Assembly (NCBI GenBank): GCA_963796105.1
Contig: CAWCKJ010000007.1
Coordinates: 134,662 to 198,661, forward strand
DNA length: 64,000 nt
Direction: 5' to 3'
DNA from: a candidate division FCPU426 bacterium
GTDB taxonomy: Bacteria; Oederibacteriota; Muellerivitia; Muellerivitales; Muellerivitaceae
In this document: positions 33,718-43,236 of the stretch, one piece after another
Numbering within the stretch: position 1 is the stretch's first letter
How the letters are laid out: each line of letters begins with the position of its first letter
Translations under genes and position numbers: made by a program
Notes under the pieces: model-generated
Seen by the model: the letters and a program-made list of their open reading frames with translations, nothing else
Told to the model about the DNA's origin: nothing
Database searches by the model: none

Positions 33718-35076
33718 TCAAGACCCCGGGGTTTTGGAGGGTGGATGAGCGGGGAAATCACTTGCCTGGGGGTTGACCTGCCCCCCGTTCAACAGTCTCT
33801 TTCCGCCTGCGGCCGCCAAAAAGTCCGTTTGGGCGTCATTCATTTCCGTCTCGATACGGGCGATATTCCTGACAGACTCCTCCAAATCGGTCACGGTCCC
33901 GAGGAATTTCAGGTAACGGTCCTTGGCCAGTGAAAAATTCCGGGTCGCGGCCACGTACTGGGGTCCCAGGGACAAGACTTGTTCGCGGGCGTATTCGATG
34001 GCCTCGTCAAGTTGGGCGTTTAAATCCTCCACCTGGAGCTGGGTCGCCGAAAGGCGGTCGCTTTTCTCCCGCAGGGAAGCCTGCGCCCTCTTCTCCTCAG
34101 AGGCGATCCGGAATCCCTCGAAGACCGGGATGGATATCCCGGCCCAACCAGAATAATCGCTCTGCTTAACCAACCGCGAGCTGTCCATTAATCCGACGCT
34201 TCCGCTGACGTAAAGACGGGGAAGGCGTTCCGCGGATGCGCTGGAGGAGAGAGCCTTGGCGGCCAGGACCTCGTCCTGCGCGAAGTCCAGGTAGGGGTTT
34301 CGTTCGGGCTCCTGGATGGCGGCGATCGTGCTTTCATCCAGATCGGCCGGCTCCGGCAGGCGGATGGAGGCGCTTTCCATTCCCGCCGCCAGCGCCAGCC
34401 GCCTCAGGGTGGCCTGGTACCTCTGGTCGTAGCCGTCCTCGGTCAACTGCGCCTGGTCCATCTGGTCCCGAAGCAGGAGCAGTTGGACTTCGTTATACCT
34501 TCCCTGCCTCACGAAGTTTCCCACGATCTCCTGGATAGGCTTGATCCTATCTACGACCCCTTGCCAAACCTGTTTCAACCCTTGGAAGCGGCAGGCGTCC
34601 AGGTAAAGCCCCAAAACCTTCTGGTCGACCTGCGACCTGGTGATGCGTGTTTGTTCCTGGGCGGATTTTTCCCCATATCGCGAGGCGGTCAGGGAATAAC
34701 CCCGGCTCGCGTCCAGGAGAGTCAAGGTGCCCACCGCGTCCCCGGCCAACCCGGAGCGGTAGGGGGAATTCACAAGGCCCCCAAAGCCCTCCGGGCTGGG
34801 CGAACCGGAGCCAGGAAACCCCGTGCTGTCCACGCCAGCCAAGTCCAGGTGGGGCAATGCGTAGGCGGTGAGGATTCCCGTATTGGCCCGGGCCTGGGTT
34901 TCCCTTTCAAATTGGGCCTGGAGGTCCGGGCTCACCTTCTCAGCCAGCAACAACGCTTGGCCAAGGGTTAACACTGGCGGTAGCGCCTTATCCTGCGCCC
35001 GGGAATAACCCGTGAGCCATAAAAAGGCCAGGGAAAAAAGTCCCAATGTCTTTAAGCGGGTGGGCTCATGGTTCAT
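33718..35076 (-). CDS. TolC-family outer membrane efflux protein
   Basis: Signal peptide, LTLGQALLLA...SPDL, ISIPVFEG OEP-type repeats; overlaps the RND stop. Confidence 0.85.
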   Translation of the reverse strand: MNHEPTRLKTLGLFSLAFLWLTGYSRAQDKALPPVLTLGQALLLAEKVSPDLQAQFERETQARANTGILTAYALPHLDLAGVDSTGFPGSGSPSPEGFGGLVNSPYRSGLAGDAVGTLTLLDASRGYSLTASRYGEKSAQEQTRITRSQVDQKVLGLYLDACRFQGLKQVWQGVVDRIKPIQEIVGNFVRQGRYNEVQLLLLRDQMDQAQLTEDGYDQRYQATLRRLALAAGMESASIRLPEPADLDESTIAAIQEPERNPYLDFAQDEVLAAKALSSSASAERLPRLYVSGSVGLMDSSRLVKQSDYSGWAGISIPVFEGFRIASEEKRAQASLREKSDRLSATQLQVEDLNAQLDEAIEYAREQVLSLGPQYVAATRNFSLAKDRYLKFLGTVTDLEESVRNIARIETEMNDAQTDFLAAAGGKRLLNGGQVNPQASDFPAHPPSKTPGS

Positions 35077-38000
35077 GGTTGTTCCCTTCGTAAAACGCGC
35101 TGGAAGGATCAATGGGGTCCAATGAAGCCGTATGGGTTGGCTTGTCATGGTGCACGATCGCGTAAATGATCGGCATGATCAGGAGAGTCGTTACCGTTGA
35201 TCCCAGGAGGCCCCCGATCACCGCCCGAGCCAGGGGCGCGGTTTGCTGGCCGCTTTCACTCAAGCCCAGGGCCATGGGGACCATGCCCACGATCATGGCG
35301 ATGGCTGTCATCAGGACCGGCCTCAACCGGCTCTGGGCCCCGTGGACCGCCGACTCCCAGGAATGCCTGCCGGAGCGACGCGTCAGGTCCGCGAAGGTCA
35401 CCAGCAGGATGGAATTGGCGACCGACACGCCCACCGCCATGATGGTTCCCATGAAGGATTCGATGTTCAGGGTGGAACCGCTTATATAAAGAACGAGCAG
35501 GGCCCCCGACAGGACCGCAGGGACGTTGGAGATGACGATGGAGGCGATGGGAAACGACTCAAAGCTCCCGGCTAGGAGCAGAAGGATGACCACGATGGCG
35601 AACGCCAGTCCCGCGAGCAGGCCATCCGTCATGTCGGTCAGGGTCTTGATCTGCCCCCGAACCCACATTTGGATCCCCTTGGGTATTTTTTCGCGGATGG
35701 GCTTTAGAATATCGTCCAATTTCCCCGCAGCGTGGCCCAAATCTATCCCCTGCAGGTTGGCTTGAACCGAGGCCATTCGGACGCTGTTATAACGGTCGTA
35801 TTCGGCCACTTCCGTTCCCTTCCAAACCCGGGCAAAGTTTCCCAAGGGAAGAGAGCCCGTATTGACAGGGATGGGTACCTTTTTCAGGTCCTCCACGGAC
35901 TTGACGTCGCTGGGTGGCACTTCCACCTGTACCTGGTAATTCACACCATCCTTGAGGTCCTCCCAGAAGTTGGGTAGGGTGAACCGGCTGGAGGAAGTCA
36001 CCGGCACCAGGGCCCTTCCGATATCCGTGACATGAACACCCCGCAAACCCGCCTTTTTCCGGTCCACATCCACTTCAAGGGTGGGATAGTCCCAGGGCTG
36101 TCCATATTGCAGGTCCCGGATTCCAGGGAGGGCGGATGCCAGGGCTTTCTTGATCTGGTCCGCCACCTCCCGGTCCTTATCCAAATCGTGTCCGTTGACG
36201 TCCACCTCGATCTGGGTGGGCGCCCCGGCGCTCATGACCTTGTCGATGAGGCCGCTGGGTTCGAATGTCACGCGGATGTCCGGCAGTTCCTTTTGGAAAA
36301 CTGTCCTGAGTTTTTCCTTCAGTTGGGCGGTCGAGATGCCCGAGTCCTTCTTGAAGGCCACTTGTAAAACCGCCTCCTGGGGCCCCGCGGTCCACAGGAG
36401 AATGGTGTTGATGGCGTATTGGGTAGGCTGGGTGCCAACGTAACCCAGGGTGGTATCGACATTTTCAGGGCCGGCCGTCCGCTTGATGAGGTAGATGACT
36501 TGGAGCAGGTCCTTCTCGGTTTTATCAATATAGGTTCCCACCGGGGCGCGGATTCTCATCTGAAGTTCATGGCTCTCCACTTTGGGGAAGATTTCCCTTC
36601 CAATATGGCTACCCAGGCCGCCGATGAGAGCCAGAGCCCCTAGGGCGTAGCCAGCCTGGAATAGGACCCGGTGCCGGTAGATGTATTCCAAAAGGGCGCC
36701 ATGCGCCCTCTTCATCTTGTCCAGGAACGTCTCTCCTGTTTTGGCATGGCCCTGTTCCTCCCTTAAAAGCCAGGTCGCCAGGATGGGCACCAGGGTCATG
36801 GAAAAGAAAAAAGCCCAGACGATGGAAAAACCGACCGAAAGGGTCAGCGGCACGAAGAGGGCCTTGGACATACCGCCCATGAAAAAGGCCGGGATGAATA
36901 CCGCCAGGATGCAAAGCATGGTCAGGAAGGCGGGATTGAATATCTCGCTGGTACCGTTGATGGCGGCAGTGGCCAGCTTTTCCCCCTTCGACAGGCGCAC
37001 GTGGATGTTCTCGATGGTGATGGTACTCTCATCTACAAGGATGCCGATGGCCAAGGCCAGGCCCCCCAGGGTCATAATGTTGATGGATTGGCCCGCGATG
37101 TTCAGGCTGACGATGGCGCCCATCAATGCCAGGGGGATGTTGATGATGACGATCAGGGCGCTGCGCCAGTCGCCCAGGAAAAGGAAGACCATCAGGCCCG
37201 TCAGGAGGGCCCCCATGATTCCCTCGAAGGAAAGGGACTTGATGGAATCCTTCACGACCCCCGATTGGTCGAACTCGTAACCCACCTTAATGTCGTCGGG
37301 CAGGACGTCCTGGAACAAGCGCATGTTGTCCTTGATCTCCTGGACGACCGTGAGGGTGGAGGAATCTGATCTTTTAATGACCGGCAGATAGACGGTCCTC
37401 CGGCCGTTCAAGAGGGCGTAACCCGTTGCGATATCGGAGGAGTCCCTCACCACGCCGATATCCCTCACGAAAACCGTGGGATAGGTCCCCAGCCTGAGGG
37501 GCACGTTCAAAAGGTCGTCGATCTTCCTGACGATGGAATTCATGGGCACGGTGGGGTACTGGTCGCCGATTCGGATCTTTCCGGAGGGCTCGATTTGGTT
37601 GGCCTTGGCCAGGGCTTGAACAACGTCCTCGGGGGAAAGGCTGTATTCCCGCAGTTTATTCGGATCCACCTCGATGACGATAGCGCGCGGGCTTGAGCCG
37701 AAATGGTCCGAAACCAACACGCCCGGCAAAGTGGCTACCAGGGGTCTAACGTAGACGTGGACGTAGTCCTCGATGTCCTCCAGGCTGCGAGTCGGGCTGG
37801 AAAAGACCAGGTCCCCGACGGGCAGGTTGCCGCTATCGAACCGCAGGATGAGAGGCGGCAGGGTCCCGGGGGGCATGGTTTTGAGGGCCCTCGTGGAACG
37901 GGACACTACTTCCCCCATTGCCGAGGACATGTCGGTGTCCGGGTGGAACTGGAGCTTCAACATTGTCACTTCGCCGATGCTCTTGGACTCGATGTGCTCG

Positions 38001-38281
38001 ATCCCATTCACGTAGGAAAACTGCTTCTCGAAGTTGTAAGCGAAGAAGCTTTCCATCTGGGCCGGGTCCATGCCCCCGTAGGGGGAAACCACGAAGATGC
38101 TGGGTGTTCCCAGGCTGGGGAAGATGTCGAACTTCATGTGGAAAAGGCTGTTCACCGCCCCCAGGGCGACAGCCACAGCCAAGACGACCACGGTAATGGG
38201 GCGGCGCATGGCCAGTTGGACCATCCAGACGCGGAAGATCCTCTGTGGATTCTCGTGGTTTAAATCGGGCTCAGGGTTCAT
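35066..38281 (-). CDS. RND efflux permease (AcrB/CusA superfamily)
   Basis: RRPITV, LAIGILVDE, NSILLV, RLRPVLMT, PLARAVIGGL; 1071 aa. Confidence 0.93.
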   Translation of the reverse strand: MNPEPDLNHENPQRIFRVWMVQLAMRRPITVVVLAVAVALGAVNSLFHMKFDIFPSLGTPSIFVVSPYGGMDPAQMESFFAYNFEKQFSYVNGIEHIESKSIGEVTMLKLQFHPDTDMSSAMGEVVSRSTRALKTMPPGTLPPLILRFDSGNLPVGDLVFSSPTRSLEDIEDYVHVYVRPLVATLPGVLVSDHFGSSPRAIVIEVDPNKLREYSLSPEDVVQALAKANQIEPSGKIRIGDQYPTVPMNSIVRKIDDLLNVPLRLGTYPTVFVRDIGVVRDSSDIATGYALLNGRRTVYLPVIKRSDSSTLTVVQEIKDNMRLFQDVLPDDIKVGYEFDQSGVVKDSIKSLSFEGIMGALLTGLMVFLFLGDWRSALIVIINIPLALMGAIVSLNIAGQSINIMTLGGLALAIGILVDESTITIENIHVRLSKGEKLATAAINGTSEIFNPAFLTMLCILAVFIPAFFMGGMSKALFVPLTLSVGFSIVWAFFFSMTLVPILATWLLREEQGHAKTGETFLDKMKRAHGALLEYIYRHRVLFQAGYALGALALIGGLGSHIGREIFPKVESHELQMRIRAPVGTYIDKTEKDLLQVIYLIKRTAGPENVDTTLGYVGTQPTQYAINTILLWTAGPQEAVLQVAFKKDSGISTAQLKEKLRTVFQKELPDIRVTFEPSGLIDKVMSAGAPTQIEVDVNGHDLDKDREVADQIKKALASALPGIRDLQYGQPWDYPTLEVDVDRKKAGLRGVHVTDIGRALVPVTSSSRFTLPNFWEDLKDGVNYQVQVEVPPSDVKSVEDLKKVPIPVNTGSLPLGNFARVWKGTEVAEYDRYNSVRMASVQANLQGIDLGHAAGKLDDILKPIREKIPKGIQMWVRGQIKTLTDMTDGLLAGLAFAIVVILLLLAGSFESFPIASIVISNVPAVLSGALLVLYISGSTLNIESFMGTIMAVGVSVANSILLVTFADLTRRSGRHSWESAVHGAQSRLRPVLMTAIAMIVGMVPMALGLSESGQQTAPLARAVIGGLLGSTVTTLLIMPIIYAIVHHDKPTHTASLDPIDPSSAFYEGNNHEP

Positions 38282-38421
38282 AGTTTACTTTCCCTCCCAA
38301 ATCCAAGCTATAAACAGCTATGGGAACAAAGGGGTATGAAGGCGTATTCGATAGGTTTTAACAGGCCCCTTTTAAGCCGGCCCCTGCAGGAAGGCGGGGG
38401 CCGGCTTGGGGAAAATGCCTG

Positions 38422-39174
38422 TTACTCGATTTTGCCCAGGTCGCTCTGGAGCTTTTGGCTTTGTTTTTCCGCCTGGGCCAATTTTTGCTTTTCAGGCGCG
38501 TTCTTATTGGACTGGTAATCGGCCCATGCGTTTTCGGGGTTGTTGAAGTAACCGGCGGAAACATAAACGAGGAAATTCCCCGACTCATAGTCGGGGTTGT
38601 AGGTCGGTTGGGTATCCCCCAGTTCGTTGTTGTTGTCGTAATGGCTGGAGGCCGTGACCAAAAAGACCAGGGTTCCCGGGCTTTTCTCATACTGGGCGTA
38701 TTCGTAATCCATCATCTTCCAGCCGAATCCCGTTTGCTTCCATTGGGCATCGTACGACTTGAACCCTTTCCTCGGGTATTTCGCGTCCAAGGCCTTTTTT
38801 ACGGCATCCAGGTCGGAATGATGGATGGGAACAGCTGCCAGGCAATACTTTTTCCCGTAAAAAACGAAGTGGGTTTCGTCCCCGTTGATTTTTTCCACGT
38901 TGATTTTGACGGGTCTTGCCGCGTCGCTCGAATCAACCTCGTGGAAATTCATCAGCAGGTAATCCAATCCGGTTCCCATCAACCGGTCAAGCGAACGCTC
39001 GATGGTGGAATTCTTCGCGGACCTGAAATCGCCAAGCAAAGTCCCCCAAGCGGTATCGTGATAACCCTCAATGGCAACTGCTTTCGTCTCGGTTTGGGCC
39101 GAAGCGGCCGGTTTCCATCCCAACACTAAAAATCCCATGATCAATAAGCAAACAGCAAATTGTTTCGTTTTCAT
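38422..39174 (-). CDS. Secreted hypothetical protein
   Basis: Signal peptide MKTKQFAVCLLIMGFLVLGWKPAASA; RBS AGGAGG. Confidence 0.8.
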   Translation of the reverse strand: MKTKQFAVCLLIMGFLVLGWKPAASAQTETKAVAIEGYHDTAWGTLLGDFRSAKNSTIERSLDRLMGTGLDYLLMNFHEVDSSDAARPVKINVEKINGDETHFVFYGKKYCLAAVPIHHSDLDAVKKALDAKYPRKGFKSYDAQWKQTGFGWKMMDYEYAQYEKSPGTLVFLVTASSHYDNNNELGDTQPTYNPDYESGNFLVYVSAGYFNNPENAWADYQSNKNAPEKQKLAQAEKQSQKLQSDLGKIE

Positions 39175-39202
39175 GTCTTCCTCCTAAAGTTGTAAATTAG
39201 GT

Positions 39203-39655
39203 TTAACTGGCTTTTACTAGGTTCTGGTTCGAATTCTGTTCCATCATTAACAATCTTTGGTACTTTTGGACTTTCCCAGGATCCTTTAAGGTTTCCTGGA
39301 TTTTCCGGCGAAGCGTCCAGGCGGTGTTATAGGACGTGAGTTCCAGGCGGTGCTGTAACTCCTGGGTTGAGATGCGGCCATTCCGGTTGATCATCCAATA
39401 GATGGCGCGAAACCAGGTAGAAAGGGATACCCTGGAATTCTCAAAGATCGTTCCAGGACGAAGGCGGATCTGCCTTAGGCAATCACAGCAGGTCCTTACC
39501 TCGGGGCGGGAATGGTGCCTGTAATATTCCTTTTCCCCGCAATTGGGACAGGTGAATGGCCCGTCATTCAATTTCAAAGCCCAGGCCCATTCCCTGGCCC
39601 TCTCCTCGCTTAAGTAATGGATTTTCGCGTTGTTTTTCAATTGTTCTCGTGTCAT
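39203..39655 (-). CDS. IS1595-transposase N-terminal Zn-ribbon/HTH-like protein lacking the DDE domain
   Basis: CPNCG...CCDC...GTIFENSRVSLSTWFRAIY...TAW...KI, then stop; ATG 39655 with RBS CAGGAG. Confidence 0.75.
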   Translation of the reverse strand: MTREQLKNNAKIHYLSEERAREWAWALKLNDGPFTCPNCGEKEYYRHHSRPEVRTCCDCLRQIRLRPGTIFENSRVSLSTWFRAIYWMINRNGRISTQELQHRLELTSYNTAWTLRRKIQETLKDPGKVQKYQRLLMMEQNSNQNLVKAS

Positions 39656-39660
39656 CGGTG

Positions 39661-39794
39661 ATCTCCTGATTTTCGGCCGTGTGTCCGCCGGTTGATTTGA
39701 GCAAACGGAGTTTTCCCTTGGGGCTAGGGGCCTGATGAGTCCCACAGGACGCACAGGTTTCCCGAAACCAATGGGGAAAATTAATTCAGGAGAT
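39661..39794 (-). promoter_or_regulatory. Anti-SD/SD sequestering structure after LRI leader 1
   Basis: mRNA AUCUCCUGA 4 nt after the stop is a perfect complement of UCAGGAGAU, the RBS of the 39655 gene. Confidence 0.7.
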
Positions 39795-39798
39795 TTTT

Positions 39799-40146
39799 TT
39801 AAATGCGGAGAATGACCGGATGGAAGGTAGGTACAGCTGCGATTTTGGCCTGGGTTTGTTCCCAAACCCCAAAACCGGAAACCAAGCTAGACGAATCGAT
39901 AAAATAACGGGTAATAAGGACCGACACGACGGTCCTCTTATCCTCAATCCCGAAGGAGCATCGCACCGCGCGATGGTTGTTCTCCGCGGGGAGATTTTTT
40001 CCCAATCGGCAGGTAGTTGAATAATGGGCCTGTGCCGCCAGCAAATGGTTGAATACCAACCGGGTTGTGGCGTTTGGCTTTAAGGAAAGGAAAAGCAAAC
40101 ACGAAGCCAGAAAAAGCCTCACGGAGAATTTAAGTGTTTTATGCAT
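39799..40146 (-). CDS. LRI-ending leader peptide 1 (putative arrest peptide)
   Basis: 115 aa, basic plus hydrophobic N-terminus, ends HPVILRI*. Confidence 0.7.
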   Translation of the reverse strand: MHKTLKFSVRLFLASCLLFLSLKPNATTRLVFNHLLAAQAHYSTTCRLGKNLPAENNHRAVRCSFGIEDKRTVVSVLITRYFIDSSSLVSGFGVWEQTQAKIAAVPTFHPVILRI

Positions 40147-40328
40147 TTACCCTTTTCCTCAAATAGGTCTTCAATTATCCAAAGTGATTATCCGAATCAC
40201 GCATATCCATTTCAACGGACAGGGTATTTTTCCTATCCTGTTGGCGCATAAGGAAATGCTTGTTGTTTATAAACACGAGGTGATAAAACTGGTTTAAATC
40301 CGGCTCCGTTGAATCCCATGGGTTTTCA

Positions 40329-41300
40329 TTATTCTTCCTTCCCGAATTTTCCCTTCCCTGATATCCATTCCAAATATTGTTTCCGCGAGGACTGGTTTCG
40401 CCCGGTGAGCCATCTGCCGCAATATTCAAAAACCGCCGGATCTTCTTTCGTGACAGCCAATTCCTTCCGATATTGTTCAGTTTTCGCCAGGATGCCTAGT
40501 CGCCGGCACAAGTCATAACAATTTGCTAAGGCGCAAAAATCGGTTGGGTGTCGGGAAAGGAAATCCTCAAAAAACGCCAATTCCTTTGAGGACTCAGCAT
40601 CGGTCGAATGGAGGGGATCATAGAACTGGACCCGGTCCAAATAACCATCCTTGGCCCTGACAAACCCACTGCCGTTCCATTTGAAGGGCCTCCCATAATA
40701 AATTGGAAAATCCTGGTTGATCGTGGCCCTTTGGTAATCCACCAGAATAGGCCTGCCGGATGAAACAAAAACCCGGGGACCCATCGCGAAACCCTTAATG
40801 GACGCTTTCTTTTCAAAATGACCGTTGTTATGGAATTGGTAAATATCCGCGAATTGGGTCGTGGCCGAAGAGGAATAAACCACCAACTGGTCCACCCCCT
40901 GGTTAAATAGGTCCGCCCCTTCGAAACCCTTGTATTTTTTTCCTTCGGCCATTTCCACCTGGATGAGTTTCCAATCGTCTTTAACTTTGTGGAAATAAGC
41001 GAACCCCGATCCGGCGTCCTTGACCATTTGGCGCCCGTTGTTGTAAACAACCCCGGTGTCGATGTAGCCCGCGAGGCCGATGATCACGTCGCTTCTTGGG
41101 GCTCTTGTGAAATCATGGTAGGCATCGCCGGATATATTCCAAAAAACACCCTTTTTCCGCGGGTATTCCTGGTCGATCCGAGCGTTGATTTCCCCCAGGC
41201 GGATCTGGCCGTAAGCGATCAGGATGGAGGCTGTTTCATCCACCGCGAAAACGGAAAACACCGGAAAAAGAATTAAAACCAGCGCAAGAATTTTTATAAT
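40329..41300 (-). CDS. Secreted hypothetical protein, paralog of 47015-47986; probable ATT start
   Basis: High similarity to the 47015 protein along its length; the signal peptide is restored only from ATT 41300 after GGAGGG. Confidence 0.8.
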   Translation of the reverse strand: MIKILALVLILFPVFSVFAVDETASILIAYGQIRLGEINARIDQEYPRKKGVFWNISGDAYHDFTRAPRSDVIIGLAGYIDTGVVYNNGRQMVKDAGSGFAYFHKVKDDWKLIQVEMAEGKKYKGFEGADLFNQGVDQLVVYSSSATTQFADIYQFHNNGHFEKKASIKGFAMGPRVFVSSGRPILVDYQRATINQDFPIYYGRPFKWNGSGFVRAKDGYLDRVQFYDPLHSTDAESSKELAFFEDFLSRHPTDFCALANCYDLCRRLGILAKTEQYRKELAVTKEDPAVFEYCGRWLTGRNQSSRKQYLEWISGKGKFGKEE

Positions 41301-41321
41301 TTTTCCCTCCGCGTTAAATAA

Positions 41322-41489
41322 TTAACGCGTCATTACGAAATCAATCATGATGATGAGGAATAAAACCAGCCCGCAAAAGACCAGGACGCCGACTTTTAAT
41401 TGGCCCTCGGCCATAGCTCCCGCTAAAAATAGGATGCTTCCAACAATCAATAAACGTCTTTTCCAGTTTGTTTGGGTATCGTCGATCAT
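41322..41489 (-). CDS. Small 2-TM membrane protein, 55 aa
   Basis: Below the track cutoff: MIDDTQTNWKRRLLIVGSILFLAGAMAEGQLKVGVLVFCGLVLFLIIMIDFVMTR*; RBS GAGGG. Confidence 0.6.
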   Translation of the reverse strand: MIDDTQTNWKRRLLIVGSILFLAGAMAEGQLKVGVLVFCGLVLFLIIMIDFVMTR

Positions 41490-41593
41490 ATTCCCTCAGT
41501 CATCCGGAATCCTTGGCTCAAACTTCCAAATCGTCACATCATAGCCCCGGGTTCACGGGTTCCCGGCAAATCCACAAATCAGTTAAATGATTG

Positions 41594-41782
41594 TTACTCA
41601 TTAACGGAGTTGGTCGGTTTTTGTTTGCCCTGTCCCGCTGGGAATTCCATCTTGATTTCCCTATCCAACAAGAAACAGTCGGCACAATCGTTAATGTGCT
41701 CCTCAAAATCCGCCTTTTGCCGTGGGGACAATTGATCCTTCAGGTGCTTTCGGAACAACCGCCGAATGTCCTTGCATTCCAT
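41594..41782 (-). CDS. Stand-alone zf-HC2/ZAS zinc-finger protein
   Basis: MECKDIRR...L...FEEHINDCADC (C...HxxxCxxC). Confidence 0.75.
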   Translation of the reverse strand: MECKDIRRLFRKHLKDQLSPRQKADFEEHINDCADCFLLDREIKMEFPAGQGKQKPTNSVNE

Positions 41783-41908
41783 TTGGGTCACCTCATTTCT
41801 TTTGTCCCTAGGCTGATGCTAAAACTCTCATCCAAACCCGCCTGGAAATCGGGGAAACCCGGTCCCCCGGCGGGTTCCCCGGGAATCCCCAGGGCCCGGA
41901 CAACATCG

Positions 41909-42106
41909 TTACTTGGCAGATGGCGTAGCGCTTGAAGTTCCGGCTTTTTTCGCCTTCTTACCTTTTTTCACCTTTTTATGGGCCTTCTTATGTTTCATGG
42001 CCTTGGCTGCGTGTGTCGAAGCGGGTGTTGGTTCCTGCGCGAAAGCAGGTACTGAAACCGCCGCCAAGAACATCACGGTTGCCAATGATGCGATCAACTT
42101 TTTCAT
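41909..42106 (-). CDS. Secreted Lys/His-rich small protein (Asr-like composition)
   Basis: Signal peptide ending PAFA, then QEPTPASTHAAKAMKHKKAHKKVKKGKKAKK; RBS AAGGAGG. Confidence 0.8.
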   Translation of the reverse strand: MKKLIASLATVMFLAAVSVPAFAQEPTPASTHAAKAMKHKKAHKKVKKGKKAKKAGTSSATPSAK

Positions 42107-42177
42107 GACTTCCTCCTTATAAAAATTAAACGGCAGGGGATCCACCCTTTGGGAGGGTGGATTCACCCCTATTACCG

Positions 42178-42262
42178 TTTCCATTTCCCCGGACCGGAGA
42201 CCGGGGTTGGATCAAACGCCCGGCCATGAAAGGCCGGGCTGGGCCCGGGCTCCCCCCGGGCC
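42178..42262. repeat. GC-rich multi-hairpin intergenic element, copy 1 of 3
   Basis: TTTCCATTTCCCCGG...GGGTTGGAT...CGCCCGGCC...GGCCGGGCTGGGCCCGGG; similar to 50596-50682 and 50737-50823. Confidence 0.65.
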
Positions 42263-42273
42263 GGAAATATTGG

Positions 42274-42816
42274 TTATTCATCTAGACTTTTTTTCAGTTG
42301 TTCTAAATGCTCCGCAAGGCGATCAAAAGTTCCGTCAAATTCGCCCATCATGTCCCCCATACCAGCCTCGAATGCCTTTCGTTCTTCAGGGTTATCGTGT
42401 ATGGGGCCAGCCTTTAAAGCCATTCCTGTTTTCCCCCCGAAATCCAGGAACGTCACCCGGTTCAGGATTTCCAGGGGCCAATTGGGATGAAGGGGGTGCC
42501 GGCTAACCCGGCCTTTCTCATCCAAAAAAGAACTGATGAAAATGATCTTTTCGGGAGCGAGGACTTCCTTGAACAGGTGTTTTCCCCACCAAGTATCAAA
42601 TCGGTTTGCGCGTCTCAGTCCGTAAATAAAGGAACCGCCCGGCCGCGGGTTCAAGCTGGCGTTCATCAAGGTGGACCCGATGGGGCCCCACCATTTATCC
42701 AGTTGTTCCAGTTCAGTCCATGCCCTGAATACCGCTAGCCGGGGCGCCGCAAAAACGCGCCTGATGATGAATTCACGGTCCCGGACTATCAAATTTCCCG
42801 TGTTTATTCCAATCAT
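42274..42816 (-). CDS. SRPBCC/AHSA1-family protein
   Basis: REFIIRRVFAAPRLAVFRAWT...WWGP...PEKIIF...WPLE...TFDRLAEHL. Confidence 0.9.
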   Translation of the reverse strand: MIGINTGNLIVRDREFIIRRVFAAPRLAVFRAWTELEQLDKWWGPIGSTLMNASLNPRPGGSFIYGLRRANRFDTWWGKHLFKEVLAPEKIIFISSFLDEKGRVSRHPLHPNWPLEILNRVTFLDFGGKTGMALKAGPIHDNPEERKAFEAGMGDMMGEFDGTFDRLAEHLEQLKKSLDE

Positions 42817-42819
42817 GTT

Positions 42820-43137
42820 TCACCTCGTTCCAATGGCAGTGGGTCCTGGGCGAACCCCTGGACCGTTGATATTTTCCAGGAGACCTTCCTCCAGGTATTT
42901 CCGGATGGCCTCCAAAGCCTCAAGGGCGTCCGCGCCGTCGATATAAACGGCCAGTTCGGTACCTTCACGGGCCTCTAATGTCAAAAGGCCCAACAAGCTC
43001 CTGCCATCGACCCGCGCGTCCCCCTTTTGGACCTTGATCCTGCAATGAAACTTCTGGATGACCTTGATTAAATTTGCGGCGTCTCGCAAATGAAGCCCTA
43101 GGGAACGCTGGACTTTAACTATTTTGAATAATTTCAT
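42820..43137 (-). CDS. HPr-family phosphocarrier-like protein
   Basis: GLHLRDAA (His15 equivalent), VDGRSLLGLLTL (Ser46 equivalent), GTEL...DGADA. Confidence 0.88.
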   Translation of the reverse strand: MKLFKIVKVQRSLGLHLRDAANLIKVIQKFHCRIKVQKGDARVDGRSLLGLLTLEAREGTELAVYIDGADALEALEAIRKYLEEGLLENINGPGVRPGPTAIGTR

Positions 43138-43142
43138 GGAAA

Positions 43143-43233
43143 CTCCTTTCGTGATTTGATTTCGGGCGTGGATGGGACGCGCGAATACCCGCCGGGTTGA
43201 AACAGGACCCAGCCGGGAACTACACGGAAGAAA
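43143..43233 (-). promoter_or_regulatory. Anti-SD/SD multibranch structure after LRI leader 2
   Basis: UUUCUUCCGUG pairs with CACGAAAGGAG (HPr RBS; one mismatch, G-U pairs), enclosing two hairpins. Confidence 0.7.
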
Positions 43234-43236
43234 TTT

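Noticed and set aside
39203..39865. Active IS1595 element, and the 220-aa extended ORF
   Set aside because: No DDE domain or terminal inverted repeats; the extension merely reads through the leader and hairpin, and the RBS supports ATG 39655
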